Shown: one piece after another, positions 62,048 through 63,568 of the stretch | How positions within the stretch are numbered: the first letter of the stretch is position 1 | Layout of the letters: each line of letters opens with the position of its first letter | Virus record (IMG/VR): IMGVR_UViG_3300034064_001787 | Coordinates: 1 to 63,568 of that record | Source: a virus | Taxonomy: Duplodnaviria; Caudoviricetes | Reading direction: 5' to 3' (one strand) | DNA: 63,568 bases | Notes under the pieces: generated by a model | Databases searched by the model: none | The model's input: the letters and a program-made list of their open reading frames with translations, nothing else | What the model was told of the DNA's origin: nothing | Program-made: the position numbers and the translations under genes

Positions 62048-63568
62048 CTACGCCGCCGCTGGCGGTTGCTGCGGGGCACTGTCACTGCCGAACTTCCCGC
62101 GCACGATGTTTGTTTCTTTCTTCTTCCAACGCTTCTTCACCGCCGCGCCGATCTGCTGTGCCTGCCGCTTCAGGGCTTCCTTGACGGCTTTGTCCGACTG
62201 CCGCCCCATCAGCTTCCGCATGGCCGCGCCACCGGCCAGCGTGCTCGTCAGCGCCGCCCCGGCCCACAGCTTGCGCTCGTTCTCCACCTTCTCATGCCAG
62301 CGCTTCGGGCGGCGATCCCGCTGCCCGGCCTGCGGTGCAAACACCCGCGCCGAGTTCCCCCGCGCATCGCGGATGTCCCAGCCCACATCGAGCGGGTCCG
62401 CGAACTGCGTGAGCGCCTGAATCGCCATGCAGTTCCACCGGCGCAGGGCCGCACCCTTCGGCGTGAGCTCACCCCCCTTCGACGTCGCCCCCGGCATGCC
62501 GCCCATGCGGGCGCAGAACGACTTCCGCCGCCCCGCCGCTTCCGAGCCTGCCTTCAGCTTCGAGGGCTTCGTCGTCACCGGCCGCTTGAGGTTGCTGCCA
62601 TGCTCACGGTTGTAGCTCTTCCGAAAGCCATCGTTGAGCCCTCCCGTGCGGGCATGCCGCTTCGCGTTGTAACCCGCGAACGGCTTCTCGAACTGCGTGA
62701 GCGCCTGGAGCAGCAGGCGGTTCATCTCCCACTTGCCGGTCTTGCCGTTGTAAGTCGGCTGCTTGGGAGCCGCCACGCCCGGCTTCGGCTTCCGAGGCTG
62801 CTTCGGCTTCGACGCGGCCTTTTGCGGCGCAGGCGTGTTGGAAATCTGCGACTGCCCCCAAACGGAGCCGCCGCCAGAAGACGCGGAGGCCGGGGGAGGC
62901 GGCGACTTGGAGACGGGAGTTTTGGAGACCGCAGGCTTGGCCGGGGCAGGGGACTTCGGCTCCGGCACCAGATTCAGCTCCGGTCCCTTCGCCGCTGTTT
63001 TCTTCTTGGCCTTATCCAACTCAGCCGCCTTTTTACGCGTGGCTTTGGCCTGCGCCTCCGTCTGCTTCAAGATGTCCGCAGGCGTGCTCTGCGGCTTGCC
63101 CGTGACTTTGGCATTGTGCGCGGCCCGCGCGGCTTCCGTGCCTTCATCCGGGAAGACGTTCGCCAGCTTCTTGTTCGCCCAGGTCCGCGCTTTGCCGATC
63201 GCCTCCTCACCCTTGCGCACGGCCCGTGCTCCCACCTTCGTGTGGCGGCCCACGTAGCCTGCCGCCAGCAGCCCCGCCCCAGCGATGAGCTGATTGCGCC
63301 GGCGCTGGAACCACGGCTTTTCCCACTCGCGCTTCTTCTCGCGGCCCCAGCGATCTTTCTCACGCGCCTCACCCTTGGCCGCCTTCACCGCATCGCGCAC
63401 GAGTCCACCGCCACGCTCGGACACCTTGCGCACGGTGTCCGCCTTCCGCAGCGCGGAATGCAGCACCTGCCCGCCCGCCACATCCACCGCCTTGTTGGCT
63501 TTGATGTCGGCCATCGCCCCTTGAATCTTGGCGATCTGCTCCGGCGTCAAATCCCGGCCCAGCAGACG
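62048..63568 (-). CDS. 3' part of the giant modular protein, including a DUF6321-like module
   Basis: Continuous with 1..4036; GGLN...NLK.PVT...RRKSFCARMGG...AALRRWNC. Confidence 0.85.
   Translation of the reverse strand, partial: RLLGRDLTPEQIAKIQGAMADIKANKAVDVAGGQVLHSALRKADTVRKVSERGGGLVRDAVKAAKGEAREKDRWGREKKREWEKPWFQRRRNQLIAGAGLLAAGYVGRHTKVGARAVRKGEEAIGKARTWANKKLANVFPDEGTEAARAAHNAKVTGKPQSTPADILKQTEAQAKATRKKAAELDKAKKKTAAKGPELNLVPEPKSPAPAKPAVSKTPVSKSPPPPASASSGGGSVWGQSQISNTPAPQKAASKPKQPRKPKPGVAAPKQPTYNGKTGKWEMNRLLLQALTQFEKPFAGYNAKRHARTGGLNDGFRKSYNREHGSNLKRPVTTKPSKLKAGSEAAGRRKSFCARMGGMPGATSKGGELTPKGAALRRWNCMAIQALTQFADPLDVGWDIRDARGNSARVFAPQAGQRDRRPKRWHEKVENERKLWAGAALTSTLAGGAAMRKLMGRQSDKAVKEALKRQAQQIGAAVKKRWKKKETNIVRGKFGSDSAPQQPPAAA
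63442..63568. repeat. Terminal direct repeat (circular overlap), copy 2
   Basis: Identical to 1-127. Confidence 0.95.

Noticed and set aside
63442-63568. 127-bp terminal repeat as a biological direct terminal repeat
   Set aside because: It falls mid-gene and 127 is a common assembler k-mer size; best read as a circularisation overlap

Overview
Complete circular genome of a GC-rich temperate siphovirus-like phage, 63,441 bp unique (positions 1-127 are repeated at 63442-63568). The host is unknown; Verrucomicrobia/Planctomycetes-like is an inference from the short-repeat style. The minus strand carries the late genes: CHAP-type lysin, gpW-like protein, lambda-type portal, a ~1809-aa modular protein spanning the contig junction, prohead protease/scaffold, decoration protein, major capsid, tail fibre, tail genes and tape measure, plus a GpA-type terminase pair set 22 kb away. 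The plus strand carries the early genes: RadC/JAB, DUF3150/DUF1257/DUF2997/Ycf46-like AAA, beta-clamp homologue, DUF4942-type MTase, primase and a split helicase. The lysogeny module has an XRE repressor, Xis-like protein, tyrosine integrase and attP (3' half of tRNA-Ala CGC). Main unusual signals: (1) two arrays of integron-type attC hairpin cassettes with no IntI, in which the ORFs run antisense to classical polarity and start codons lie inside the hairpin; one array splits the helicase gene; (2) a family of probable head-packaged modular proteins sharing an L-x-(E/Q)-F motif with the scaffold, including two antisense 'moron' copies; (3) a TTGA(C/T)-N14-ATG signal before most late genes; (4) a probable -1 frameshift or slippage fusing TerS to TerL; (5) a parS-like site next to attP. 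All protein family names come from motif recognition by eye, not from database searches.
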